DNA from: a virus
Taxonomy: Duplodnaviria > Heunggongvirae > Uroviricota > Caudoviricetes
Direction: 5' to 3' (one strand)
IMG/VR virus record: IMGVR_UViG_3300030332_001481
Location: 131,486-195,485 of that record
DNA: 64,000 nt
In this document: positions 46,112-55,079 of the stretch, piece after piece
How positions within the stretch are numbered: the stretch's first letter is position 1
Layout of the letters: every line of letters starts with the position of its first letter
Translations under genes and position numbers: made by a program
The notes under the pieces: model-generated
Told to the model about the DNA's origin: nothing
What the model saw: the letters and a program-made list of their open reading frames with translations, nothing else
Databases searched by the model: none

Positions 46112-46305
46112 ACTGTGACTGCTACACGAACATCGACAACATGAAGGATGTCAAGTGGCCCACCTCCTTCGTGTTTCCCCCTCGCGTGGGTGACAAAGTG
46201 GAGGGAGAAGATGCAAGGGGAGGGGCACACGTTCTCACGGTGGTAAGAATCACGCATACGATGAGGCACCGTGGCCCTGTGGTCATGGTCGAGCTTCACC
46301 GCTGA
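46105..46305 (+). CDS. small hypothetical protein
   Basis: GGGGAG SD; PPRVGDKV motif. Confidence 0.6.
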   Translation: MLNCDCYTNIDNMKDVKWPTSFVFPPRVGDKVEGEDARGGAHVLTVVRITHTMRHRGPVVMVELHR

Positions 46306-46310
46306 GAACT

Positions 46311-46802
46311 ATGCAATACATCATCAAGTTCTACGAAGACCACTTCCAGCGAAACCTGAGCTGGCTGCTCGATGCCGGGGGCCTGGAGGACGTCGGCATC
46401 GAGCAGTGGCGTATGGTATCGACTTCCTTCCGCGAAACGGACGTGGTAGAGACCAACTACCACCCCACAGCGAGAGCGCGAAAGGAAGCTCCCGCACCCC
46501 TGAGGCACTACATCAAGGCGACCCAGGAAGTTCCGAGCCGCTCCTTGTACTATGGATGCGGACGTGACCTTCCAGGGCTCGAAGCTTTGAGCCGAGGAGG
46601 ACAGACCGAGGTGGTGGGGTACGATCCCTACCACCCGGACGAGAAGTTCCGCAGCGAACCACAGGGCGCATTCGACGAGATCGTTTGCGTCTACACCCTG
46701 AACGTAGTCCCCCAGGACGTGGGGGAAGAAATCCTAGACCACATGGCATCGATGCTCAAGCCAGGAGGAAAGGCTTTGGTTTCGGTGCGAAGGAGAATAT
46801 AA
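46311..46802 (+). CDS. class I SAM-dependent methyltransferase-like protein
   Basis: YYGCGRD, GYDPY, FDEIVCVYTLNVV, LKPGGKALVSVR. Confidence 0.7.
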   Translation: MQYIIKFYEDHFQRNLSWLLDAGGLEDVGIEQWRMVSTSFRETDVVETNYHPTARARKEAPAPLRHYIKATQEVPSRSLYYGCGRDLPGLEALSRGGQTEVVGYDPYHPDEKFRSEPQGAFDEIVCVYTLNVVPQDVGEEILDHMASMLKPGGKALVSVRRRI

Positions 46803-46804
46803 TC

Positions 46805-47224
46805 ATGCACACGCACACGGCACGCGACATGGAAAAGATGATCGTAACGAATGTACGCTCGTTACTTCCCCGACACAATCCCGGCCTCGGGCTACTGTTC
46901 ACGTTCGAGATAGTCTTCACGTTCCACGACCCCACTGACATCACTGACCCCACTGAGAAGAGGTCCGTGGAGATTCTCGTGGAGCGCCCGGACAACTTCA
47001 CGAGGGTGTTCTCCCGGGTCTTTTCAGGGGTCGAGGACCGGGGTCCAGCGCTACGTAGAAGCGCACTGAAGGCAGATGTACTGGAGAAGTGGGAAGAGGA
47101 GGCATCTAAGAAGTGGATGCTCGACTGTGATCACGACTCGGAGTGGACGTCCTTCAAGGTGCTGAAAGAACTGGACTCGTACAGTCGCAGAAGAGCCGAA
47201 GACATGCCAAAGGGCGAATACTAA
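46805..47224 (+). CDS. hypothetical protein
   Basis: AAGGAG SD before ATG 46805. Confidence 0.7.
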   Translation: MHTHTARDMEKMIVTNVRSLLPRHNPGLGLLFTFEIVFTFHDPTDITDPTEKRSVEILVERPDNFTRVFSRVFSGVEDRGPALRRSALKADVLEKWEEEASKKWMLDCDHDSEWTSFKVLKELDSYSRRRAEDMPKGEY

Positions 47225-47230
47225 CCAAAA

Positions 47231-47264
47231 CAAGGGGCCAGGGTTAAAAGACCTTGGCCCCTTG
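47231..47264. terminator. hairpin containing reverse copy of second motif (47243-47259)
   Basis: caaggggcca/tggccccttg stem; gttaaaagaccttggcc is the reverse complement of 59775-59791. Confidence 0.6.
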
Positions 47265-47287
47265 TCCCGTTGCGAGAGGAAAAAGAC

Positions 47288-47839
47288 ATGACAGATGAGA
47301 ATGAGCGCGAAGGTGAGCCGGTCGTCATTGACACCTGTTACAAGTTTCAGGGATCTAAGCACATAGGAGACGGGCTTTATCGCGATCTGGTTGAGTCCCC
47401 ACAAGTACTCGGTTACGACCCCGACCAGCTTACTGCGATGGGGGATCAAGTACAGATCAAAATTCCTCGCGTGTCGGCGGAAGACTTCGTGCAAATGATG
47501 AGAAGTATCATCGCGAAGGCATCAGAAATGGGTGAGATTCAGCCAAAGGGGAGCAATATCGGGGAAGTTTTCATCTACCAAGGGGAAGAAGGCGACCTAC
47601 GATTTGGTGGGGGCTATCTTCTTCTCTACATCCTCCGAGATCCCACTGAAGATGAGGTGAATCTTCTCCGGAAGTCGTGGAAAGACCGTAGTATCGAAAG
47701 AGACCGAGGAGGGAAGGACAGCTTGACGAAGGCGCTGTGTTCCGTAGCAGACTACATGGAGGAAGACCCGCAACTAGCGTACGAAACTCTCTCATCACTC
47801 TACAACAGAGCTGCCCAGCTCACGGGGAATAAGGAATGA
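47288..47839 (+). CDS. hypothetical protein
   Basis: GAGGAAAAAGAC-ATG. Confidence 0.7.
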   Translation: MTDENEREGEPVVIDTCYKFQGSKHIGDGLYRDLVESPQVLGYDPDQLTAMGDQVQIKIPRVSAEDFVQMMRSIIAKASEMGEIQPKGSNIGEVFIYQGEEGDLRFGGGYLLLYILRDPTEDEVNLLRKSWKDRSIERDRGGKDSLTKALCSVADYMEEDPQLAYETLSSLYNRAAQLTGNKE

Positions 47840-48171
47840 GCTTCGAAGGATACACACAGAGCTTCTGTAAGAACGGTCACCTGGACACGTACGAACTACC
47901 CACGTACGGTGACACGCACAAGTGTTCGATCTGTAATGAGGATTGGGCCATCGAGAACATCGTAGACGACACCAACTGCGAGATGTTTGGGGAGATCCCG
48001 CAGGACGTACTGGACACCTGGGTCGTGCAGGGAGAGCGGGAGGAGATGTGCAACCTGGGACACCTTCATGTCGTGGGCAATACGGTCTACAAGATCCCAA
48101 CGGAGGAAGAGATCGAGGCCGCGCGTCATTACTACCACGAACGTGATGGGTGGGTAAAGATCAACCCGTAG
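47836..48171 (+). CDS. Zn-ribbon-containing protein
   Basis: CKNGH...CSIC; ATGA overlap. Confidence 0.7.
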   Translation: MSFEGYTQSFCKNGHLDTYELPTYGDTHKCSICNEDWAIENIVDDTNCEMFGEIPQDVLDTWVVQGEREEMCNLGHLHVVGNTVYKIPTEEEIEAARHYYHERDGWVKINP

Positions 48172-48204
48172 AGTGGGGCCCTGAGGGGCCCTACTGCTTA
48201 AGGG

Positions 48205-48222
48205 CCAACCCTGGCCATACTA
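48205..48222 (+). promoter_or_regulatory. repeat motif copy 15
   Basis: exact motif. Confidence 0.8.
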
Positions 48223-48271
48223 GATAGGGAGCCGGGGGACTGGCCGCCAACCAAGAAAAGAGAGACCACCA

Positions 48272-48664
48272 ATGGAAGACACCGAATACCCGAACCGCCA
48301 CGACATTCTGCTGGGCACTGGCACCCCGGAGGACAACGCCGACGCTGGCTGGTGCACCGGTCACGACACCAGCGACGAAGCCGAGGCACGAGCCCTGTTC
48401 GAGAGCGACGAGAAGCTCCGGGAGATGTTCCCGTGGTTCTTCAAGCAGCCCCATGTGGTGCTCCGCGAGAAGGACGTCATCGTCGCCCTCATTCCGCCGG
48501 AGGGTGAAGAGGAGCACCGCGTGGTGGTCAAGGCCGACCCGAAGGCCGCGCAGCAGGCCAAGCGACGCGAAGAGATGGAGGAGCGCGCAGAGCGCCGCGA
48601 GCTGGCCATGGAGGCCGGGATGCTCCACGGCGTGGACGCGTACAACGAAATCATGGGGTACTGA
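48272..48664 (+). CDS. acidic hypothetical protein
   Basis: first gene after motif; ends EAGMLHGVDAYNEIMGY. Confidence 0.75.
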   Translation: MEDTEYPNRHDILLGTGTPEDNADAGWCTGHDTSDEAEARALFESDEKLREMFPWFFKQPHVVLREKDVIVALIPPEGEEEHRVVVKADPKAAQQAKRREEMEERAERRELAMEAGMLHGVDAYNEIMGY

Positions 48665-48666
48665 TC

Positions 48667-48798
48667 ATGGAAGAGAACGAAAAGGCAATCGAGATCAAGG
48701 TCAACTGGTCTCTGTTCTGGAGAGACTACTTCCGGTGGGCCATCCCGTTCCTGTGCGGTTGGTGGGGGAGCGCCCTCTTCACCTACCTGACGAGCTGA
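48667..48798 (+). CDS. small membrane peptide (43 aa, not in track)
   Basis: MEENEKAIEIKVNWSLFWRDYFRWAIPFLCGWWGSALFTYLTS*. Confidence 0.5.
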   Translation: MEENEKAIEIKVNWSLFWRDYFRWAIPFLCGWWGSALFTYLTS

Positions 48799-48809
48799 GG
48801 AGACTGTCT

Positions 48810-49157
48810 ATGGACCAGCACACAACCTACCTGAAGCTTCAGGAAGCCGTCCTCAAGGAGGTACAGGATCTTCGGAAGGAGGAAGACCGCGAGGAATGGG
48901 CAGCCGTACTTTCCCGGCTCGGGATGCTGTACGAGTTCGAGAGTCTCAACGGGCAGGATGGAACTGTCGTTCGTGCTCTCACCGAGAGGGACGCATTCGA
49001 GGAAGCGTACAAGCACCTCGGCTCCGAGGAAGAGATCATCCTGGTGAGGGTCCACGATCCTCGTGACGGGAAGATCGTCATGGACACCTTGGCCGACGCA
49101 GACAAGTACGAAGACATGCTCGACGCAGACGAAGACTACTTCGACGGCAACGACTGA
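48810..49157 (+). CDS. acidic hypothetical protein
   Basis: GAGGAG SD before ATG 48810. Confidence 0.7.
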   Translation: MDQHTTYLKLQEAVLKEVQDLRKEEDREEWAAVLSRLGMLYEFESLNGQDGTVVRALTERDAFEEAYKHLGSEEEIILVRVHDPRDGKIVMDTLADADKYEDMLDADEDYFDGND

Positions 49158-49189
49158 GCAGAAACAGCAAACAACGAAAGGTCAATGAC

Positions 49190-49465
49190 ATGAGTAAGAG
49201 TAAGAGTAAGTACCGAATCACTCTGACGCTCGACAACCGCGACAGGCTCGTCTTGGAAGCGGACCAGGAGCGCCTCAACTTGATTATCTCCGACATGGGG
49301 GATGACCCCACTGCGTGGGGTATCGTCAACTACATCTCCAGGGAAGCAGATCTTGCGAGAGCACAGAACAAGAGGCTCGACCTCACGTTCGGTGATGGTG
49401 AGAACGTCATCCACGTCATGGACCTGCGTCAAGTGGTGGCGATCAACGTGGAGACGGTGAAGTAA
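49190..49465 (+). CDS. hypothetical protein
   Basis: GAAAGG SD, MSKSKSK start. Confidence 0.7.
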   Translation: MSKSKSKYRITLTLDNRDRLVLEADQERLNLIISDMGDDPTAWGIVNYISREADLARAQNKRLDLTFGDGENVIHVMDLRQVVAINVETVK

Positions 49466-49610
49466 CATGCACTTCTGTGCCGACGAAGCCATGGCGATTG
49501 CGTCCGCCGTGCCCCTACTGTCCTACCTGGCCATGCGAATCCGTGCGTGGTTTGGGGGTCGACGGTAGGGCCCTGCCAGGACATCAATACCACAACAGAG
49601 GATCCGAGCA

Positions 49611-50270
49611 GTGCACATCAATAATCAGATACAGGCTACGCTACATAACAGCTTGTTCCCTCGGGCAGCAGAGGAAGACATTCCACTGAAGCTTCGGTGG
49701 CTGAAGCGGCTGGCATCACAACTGGAGAAGCAAGGTTCTTGGGCTCCGATGGAACCCGAGAAGGTGGAGCGGGTCATCAGTGTCGTGGAGCAGGCAGGGG
49801 ACCTCGTTCGACACTTCCCGGCGATGAAGGTAGAGAGCGTGAAGGCGACGGTGGGTGAGGAGTTCCACCAGGAGATCGCAAAGACAGACGAACTCATCAC
49901 GGAGATGTGGGATCTGTGGCAGGACCTGAAGGAGAAGCACAACCCGCCGAAACCAAAGAAGCCAAAGCAGGGCCGCGAAGTCATCGACAACATCGCGGAT
50001 AGAATGGCTCCGGTACCGTCCTCGCTTCCCAAGGGCTGGGTCCCTGCCAAGAAGCACGAACCCAAGCTGTGCCACGTCACGGGAAAGGTTCGGTTCTCCT
50101 CGGAGCGGCAGGCCAAGGTAGCACAGGGACGAGGGCGAAAGAAGGATAGACTTCGCGTCTACCGCTGCCCTCATTGCAACGACTTCCACATGACCAGCCA
50201 GATTCGTTCCATGGACGAACCCGACGCGAACCCCAAGCACCGCCGTCGCCGTCGCCGTCGCCGCCGCTAA
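49611..50270 (+). CDS. Zn-finger protein with poly-Arg tail
   Basis: CHVTGKVRF...YRCPHCNDFHMTS; HRRRRRRRR end. Confidence 0.7.
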   Translation: MHINNQIQATLHNSLFPRAAEEDIPLKLRWLKRLASQLEKQGSWAPMEPEKVERVISVVEQAGDLVRHFPAMKVESVKATVGEEFHQEIAKTDELITEMWDLWQDLKEKHNPPKPKKPKQGREVIDNIADRMAPVPSSLPKGWVPAKKHEPKLCHVTGKVRFSSERQAKVAQGRGRKKDRLRVYRCPHCNDFHMTSQIRSMDEPDANPKHRRRRRRRRR

Positions 50271-50301
50271 CCACCAACCACCAACCAAAGAAAGAGAACA
50301 G

Positions 50302-50703
50302 ATGCCGAAGATCAAAGACGCCAAGGGCGCAGAGATGAAGCACACCCAGCTCCTAGTGGACTCCGAGAATGGGGGCATTCACCTGGTCTACCACGAGACC
50401 GCGGTCATGAGCCTGCTCCCCACGGGGGTAACTCTCCGAGACGGAGGGTGGCAAACTACGACCACGCTGCGGCGAATCAACCAGGGAGCTGAGATCTTCA
50501 GGATTCCACTGAGTGTCTACCTGAAGGATGGCAAGTGGATCATCCGATTCGGTCGCACCGGGATGGAGTGTGCCTTCGAAGACGGGATGGAGTTCCCGCC
50601 TGGCGCCCTGGGCATGAGTGTCGCCGAGATGGAAGACGCGTCACTGCACGTGAACAAGACGCGCCGCCCCAAGGATGCAGCCACCAGCTCCGTGGAGCTG
50701 TAA
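50302..50703 (+). CDS. phage protein (GGWQTTTT..RIN motif)
   Basis: A-rich leader; motif seen in phage early proteins. Confidence 0.7.
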   Translation: MPKIKDAKGAEMKHTQLLVDSENGGIHLVYHETAVMSLLPTGVTLRDGGWQTTTTLRRINQGAEIFRIPLSVYLKDGKWIIRFGRTGMECAFEDGMEFPPGALGMSVAEMEDASLHVNKTRRPKDAATSSVEL

Positions 50704-50768
50704 CCCACACGCTAACAATCAACCTACCCAACTACCCTACCCAACAACACTACATGAAAGAAAGCACC

Positions 50769-51035
50769 ATGAGCAAGATCAATCACGAAGGACCCTATGG
50801 GGTGATCAACGAGGACACGACCTACCTGCGGTTTCCGCGGCCCGTCGACGAGGAATACAACACGTTCGGTACGGCGCTGGAGAAGGCGGCACAGATGGTG
50901 GCCGATGGCCACGCAGAGACCGTGTCCGTGGTCCGGGCCCGGTGGAGCACTCAGCAGAACTGTTACGTCGAGCTGGGCGAGGGCGGATCCGTACACATCG
51001 ACGCCACGATGTGGGATAGTCAGGAAGAGGAATGA
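50769..51035 (+). CDS. small hypothetical protein
   Basis: AAAGAAAGCACC-ATG. Confidence 0.65.
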   Translation: MSKINHEGPYGVINEDTTYLRFPRPVDEEYNTFGTALEKAAQMVADGHAETVSVVRARWSTQQNCYVELGEGGSVHIDATMWDSQEEE

Positions 51036-51328
51036 CCCCCTTTGGAGGAGGAACGATGCATGTCTTTGTCGAAGGAGTGATGTACCACATCAATGACCAC
51101 AACCTCAAGCTGCGGCCCGAAGAGTGGCTCATGGTCGCCCAGAGGCACGGGGAGGACGTGAACAAGGTCATCGAGATGGTCGACACCCTCATGTTCCGGG
51201 GCGACAGGGACGCGGCCTACATGGTGGGCTGCTACCTCCTGGACTGCCTGAGAGCGCAGCCCAAGGACGTCAACCTCATCAAGCTGGGAACCACGCTGGC
51301 CAACGCGCTGGAGAGGAACCTGAAGTAG
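51032..51328 (+). CDS. hypothetical protein
   Basis: ATGA overlap. Confidence 0.65.
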   Translation: MTPFGGGTMHVFVEGVMYHINDHNLKLRPEEWLMVAQRHGEDVNKVIEMVDTLMFRGDRDAAYMVGCYLLDCLRAQPKDVNLIKLGTTLANALERNLK

Positions 51329-51582
51329 AACTGGTGTGAGCTTTCTCAGACAGTGAGTAAACGCACTGTAAATAATGAATGAATAGGAGGTTCTGCTGAT
51401 GAATGATCACGAGCGTAGAGACAGAAACCCTGGACGTGAGCGTGGTCTACGTCACGAACCGGTGTTCCGCCCCCTCCTCTCCGACACGAGAGAGGCCAAG
51501 CTCAAGAAGGAAGAAGCCTACATCGAGAGGATGATTCGGCGAGACAAGGAGCGTGGGCTGGTCTAGACGCCACGCCGTACAG

Positions 51583-51622
51583 ATGAGACAAGGGCTGCCT
51601 TTCGGGGTGGCCCTTGTCTCAT
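51583..51622 (+). terminator. long hairpin
   Basis: atgagacaagggc/gcccttgtctcat 13-bp stem plus G.U extension, TTCG apex. Confidence 0.65.
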
Positions 51623-51625
51623 TAA
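51608..51625 (+). repeat. 18-nt direct repeat, left copy (right copy 52562-52579)
   Basis: tggcccttgtctc(a/g)ttaa, 17/18 identical, flanks one gene. Confidence 0.8.
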
Positions 51626-51667
51626 CCAAGAACGTTACTTAACTACGACAACACAACAGGAGTGCCC

Positions 51668-52540
51668 ATGAAGACAGTTTGTATTCTACTTTTCTCTCTC
51701 GTTATCGGCTGCCAGGTGGATCCGGTGGCCTCGACGTCGCTCGCCCTTTGCGCAGACGGTGCGCCAGGCTGCGACGATGCAGGGGCCACCGACAGCGGCA
51801 CCGACGCCGGTCCGAGCTGCGCGCTACCCGCGGGGCCGCTGTGCTCTGGCTCGCGCTGGCTCGGCGACTCCAGCGGTTCGACGATCGGCGGGCTGCCAGT
51901 GATGCTCGCGTCGTGGGAGCAGTACCAGGCCGGCGTGTTCCGCGTCGGGCAGGGTCAAGCGGGCATGACGTGGGCGAGCCTCGACGTGCTCCAGCTCGAC
52001 GCGGACGACAAGATCTCGTTTCTCCTGGACGGCGGTCAGGTGATCAAGCTCCAGGATCATCCGCAGGTCGGCAACCTGTGGTGGTTTGGGGACGTCGCGC
52101 ACGTCTGGTTCGGCAACACGCTGCGCCGTGACGCGGACCTGACGTTCCAGGGCACCAACAGCGGGAGCGCGGCCGAGGGCATCGCGAACAGCCTCACGAT
52201 CCGCGGGCAGAACATGCATGCTCTCGCGGGAGCCGCCCTTGCTCAAGGGGGCGACGTGGAGATCCGAGCCGGGAACGCGGCCAGCGCAGACGGTCTTGCG
52301 GTCCGTGACCCTGGCGAGGTCGTCATAGGCGGCGGCCGGGTGGGCTACGAGACGCGAGGGAATATTGCCCTTCACGAGGAGCCTGAAGATTGGGGAGGTA
52401 TGGAGGGCGGCATCTTTGTGCGCGACGTCCGCACTGCGCCCACGGCCGACCCAAGCGCGGGCGGCTACCTCTTCGCGTCCGGCGGGGCGCTCTACTGGCA
52501 CGGGTCGGCCGGGACGATCACGCAGATCGCAGCTCCCTAG
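51668..52540 (+). CDS. secreted lipoprotein-like protein with DAG linker and tail-fibre-like C-terminal motif
   Basis: MKTVCILLFSLVIGC; DDAGATDSGTDAG; APTADPSAGGYLFASGGALYWHGSAGTITQIA. Confidence 0.7.
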   Translation: MKTVCILLFSLVIGCQVDPVASTSLALCADGAPGCDDAGATDSGTDAGPSCALPAGPLCSGSRWLGDSSGSTIGGLPVMLASWEQYQAGVFRVGQGQAGMTWASLDVLQLDADDKISFLLDGGQVIKLQDHPQVGNLWWFGDVAHVWFGNTLRRDADLTFQGTNSGSAAEGIANSLTIRGQNMHALAGAALAQGGDVEIRAGNAASADGLAVRDPGEVVIGGGRVGYETRGNIALHEEPEDWGGMEGGIFVRDVRTAPTADPSAGGYLFASGGALYWHGSAGTITQIAAP

Positions 52541-52561
52541 GGTCGTGAATGGTGTGAGGGT

Positions 52562-52579
52562 TGGCCCTTGTCTCGTTAA
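52562..52579 (+). repeat. 18-nt direct repeat, right copy
   Basis: matches 51608-51625. Confidence 0.8.
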
Positions 52580-52583
52580 GGGG

Positions 52584-52601
52584 CCAACCCTGGCCATACT
52601 A
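52584..52601 (+). promoter_or_regulatory. repeat motif copy 16 (with upstream inverted half-copy)
   Basis: exact motif; agggttggccc 52557-67 pairs with gggccaaccct 52581-91. Confidence 0.8.
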
Positions 52602-52669
52602 GATAGGGAAGCCGGGGAGCCCGGCTCGGCACTGAATCGAACCACCGACAACCACAGAGGTAATCAATC

Positions 52670-52951
52670 ATGAACGTCACCAGCCAGCTCCGCACCTTCG
52701 CCGACAACGACAACCGCGACGAGGTCCAGGCCAGCTACGAGTACCGGCGGGACTTCGTGCGAGGCTTCATCGACGCCTGCGACGACACCTGCGACACCGA
52801 CACGTACACCTCCGACGCCTACATGGATGGTCAGGATGCGTGCGAGAACTTCGAGGGCATCTACGGTGAGCCGCCGCTGCCCGAGCACGCCGCCGAGGCG
52901 TACGCCGACTGCCAGGTGAACGGCAGCGGGCACAACTTCACCTGGCTCTGA
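52670..52951 (+). CDS. small very acidic protein
   Basis: D/E-rich; first gene after motif, upstream of ArdA. Confidence 0.75.
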   Translation: MNVTSQLRTFADNDNRDEVQASYEYRRDFVRGFIDACDDTCDTDTYTSDAYMDGQDACENFEGIYGEPPLPEHAAEAYADCQVNGSGHNFTWL

Positions 52952-52999
52952 TCTTCAACCACCAGCAGCAAACCAGACCACCTGAGAAAAGAAGGAAGA

Positions 53000-53521
53000 A
53001 TGAGCGAAACTCTGCGAATCTACGTGGCCTGCCTGGCTTCGTACAACCACGGTGACCTGCACGGGGAGTGGATCGAGGTCGACCCGGATTGGGACATCTC
53101 CGATCTGGCCGAGGCCATCAGCGAGCGGGTCCTCAAGACCAGCAAGCACAACGGGGAGGAGTGGGCCATCCACGACGTCGACAGTTTCTGTGACTTCGGG
53201 ATCAAGGAGCACACGAGCCTGGAAGAAGTGATTCGCTTCGCCCAGCTCGTCGAGCGTCACGAGGAGGATGTTCTCTGTGCGGCGACCCGGGTCTGGTCGT
53301 GCAGCGAGGGGCCCGACGAACTGGAGTCGATGATCGAAGAGCGGTTCCACGGAGCGTACGACAACAAGGGCGAATATGCCGCGGAGATCAACGAAGGCGT
53401 CGAACTGCCCGCGCACCTGGCCCAGTACATGAACTGGGAAGCGTACGAGCGAGACCTGGAGCTAGGAGGAGACATCACCGTCTCCTTCTACGACGGCAGC
53501 TACTACATCTTCTCCAACTGA
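53000..53521 (+). CDS. ardA: ArdA antirestriction protein (DNA mimic)
   Basis: RIYVACLASYNHGDLHGEW, EEWAIHD, YMNWEAYERDL. Confidence 0.9.
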   Translation: MSETLRIYVACLASYNHGDLHGEWIEVDPDWDISDLAEAISERVLKTSKHNGEEWAIHDVDSFCDFGIKEHTSLEEVIRFAQLVERHEEDVLCAATRVWSCSEGPDELESMIEERFHGAYDNKGEYAAEINEGVELPAHLAQYMNWEAYERDLELGGDITVSFYDGSYYIFSN

Positions 53522-53529
53522 GGGGAGAG

Positions 53530-53560
53530 AGTGAGGGGAGCAACACACTCCCCTCACTTT
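53530..53560 (+). terminator. hairpin after ardA
   Basis: agtgaggggag/ctcccctcact 11-bp stem. Confidence 0.55.
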
Positions 53561-53590
53561 CCAACCACCCAACCACCAAAGGATTCCCCA

Positions 53591-53872
53591 ATGAGCGAAG
53601 ACACGACCGAAGAGTACCCCAAGATGTTCAGTGGCAAGGAGCCGACCGCGTACCAGAAGCGCATCATCGACACGGGAAGGACCGTGAAGAAGCTGATCAG
53701 GAGCTGGGACGGTCCTTCCACCACGGACTTGCATCATGCGATCATGACCCTGGAGGCTCTTCGGGAGCTGGCCAAGGAGTTGGACATGCGGCTTCTCCGG
53801 AGCTGGACCACTGAATATCTCATCGCGATGATGAACATCCGTGAGAGGCGGGGCGGAAGGTACGGCGGATGA
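53591..53872 (+). CDS. hypothetical protein
   Basis: AAAGGA SD, AACCACC-rich leader. Confidence 0.7.
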   Translation: MSEDTTEEYPKMFSGKEPTAYQKRIIDTGRTVKKLIRSWDGPSTTDLHHAIMTLEALRELAKELDMRLLRSWTTEYLIAMMNIRERRGGRYGG

Positions 53873-54024
53873 ACGACACCGAAGAGACCCTCAAGAGAGT
53901 TCAGGAGCGCATCGAGAAGAAGTTCCTGAAGTACGCACTTCGTGACCACAAGCTCCGTGAGTCCATCAGACAGATCTTGCTGGACGAGATCCGAAAAGCT
54001 GCGCCGAAGAAAGAGAAGGAATAA
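53869..54024 (+). CDS. small helical protein (51 aa, not in track)
   Basis: ATGA overlap; MNDTEETLKRVQERIEKK...KEKE*. Confidence 0.55.
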   Translation: MNDTEETLKRVQERIEKKFLKYALRDHKLRESIRQILLDEIRKAAPKKEKE

Positions 54025-54026
54025 TC

Positions 54027-54260
54027 ATGACCGTCATCAACCACTTCAACATCGCGATCCTCATGGCCAAGGCAGACATGCTCAAGGAGGGCGCGACCAA
54101 GAAGCAGGACGTCACCACCGGGCTCGACTACCTGGACGCCTGCCGGAACATGGGCTGCAAGCTCACGACCGAGGAGTTCGTGTCCCTACAGCGGCAGAGC
54201 CAGGCGACGGCCATCGAGGGCCCCGCGGTCGTCAGGCTCTACACCCGAAAGGTTCGGTGA
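54027..54260 (+). CDS. hypothetical protein
   Basis: AAGGA SD. Confidence 0.7.
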   Translation: MTVINHFNIAILMAKADMLKEGATKKQDVTTGLDYLDACRNMGCKLTTEEFVSLQRQSQATAIEGPAVVRLYTRKVR

Positions 54261-54264
54261 AAGA

Positions 54265-54441
54265 ATGAGCCTGCTACTCAAGGCGTGGCTCCTGTTCGCA
54301 AGCGGATGGGCTGCCGGGGCGATTGTTCCGGCAGCCGTCCGCGGCTGGGTCGGGGGCCACATGATGGGCTTCCACTTCAACGCCGGGCACATCCTCGGCA
54401 TCGTCCTAGGCTGCCTCATCATCTCCAAGATGAGCAAGTAA
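54265..54441 (+). CDS. small membrane protein (58 aa, not in track)
   Basis: MSLLLKAWLLFASGWAAGAIVP...ILGIVLGCLIISKMSK*. Confidence 0.55.
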   Translation: MSLLLKAWLLFASGWAAGAIVPAAVRGWVGGHMMGFHFNAGHILGIVLGCLIISKMSK

Positions 54442-54455
54442 AGAAAGAGAAAGAC

Positions 54456-54605
54456 ATGAGCCACTACGAGACCGAAACCAAGCCCGCACTCCGAAACCTG
54501 CGCCAGGTGGCCCTGGGTGGCCAACGCGCTCCCTGGACGCTGGCTCAGATCAAGGAAGCCATCGACGCCGCGGCCGAAGCCGGGGCGACCAAGAAAGTGA
54601 GATAG
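54456..54605 (+). CDS. small hypothetical protein
   Basis: AAAGAGAAAGAC-ATG. Confidence 0.6.
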   Translation: MSHYETETKPALRNLRQVALGGQRAPWTLAQIKEAIDAAAEAGATKKVR

Positions 54606-54607
54606 AC

Positions 54608-55072
54608 ATGCTACGATTCAACGCCCTCAATGCGCGACTGAGCCTCATCGAAGACATCAACAGGCTGGCCTGGGTCATCAGCGACGACGGACCGGAGGTC
54701 ACCGAGCACGAGGAAGAGACCGCCTACAGCTTCACGATCAAGCGAGAGATCCTCCCGGAGACGATCAAGTCGTTCCACGAGCGAAACGTCCGCATCAGCA
54801 TGGTGGGGCGCAAGTGCATCATGGTGGTCGCCAAGTACAAGAACCCCGAGAGAATGGTCCCCGCCCAGACCGACTCGGACGACGCGGTCGAGTTCGTCAA
54901 GGTCACGACCGAGGACGGGGAAGAGCTGGGAGTCCGAGTCAACGGGGTGACGTACATCTACTACAAGGGAGACGCTGTGCGTTGCGCCGGGACGGAGTAC
55001 GAGGCCGAGCCGGCCCTCAAGTCCGAGTTCGGCCACACCATCCACCCGCTGTGGTGGGAGAAGGACGAGTAA
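54608..55072 (+). CDS. hypothetical protein
   Basis: 154-aa ORF ending at terminator. Confidence 0.7.
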   Translation: MLRFNALNARLSLIEDINRLAWVISDDGPEVTEHEEETAYSFTIKREILPETIKSFHERNVRISMVGRKCIMVVAKYKNPERMVPAQTDSDDAVEFVKVTTEDGEELGVRVNGVTYIYYKGDAVRCAGTEYEAEPALKSEFGHTIHPLWWEKDE

Positions 55073-55079
55073 GGTCCCG

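Noticed and set aside
51427-51440. AAACCCTGGACGTG as an extra motif copy
   Set aside because: Only the central 7-8 nt match and the ATACTA half is missing.
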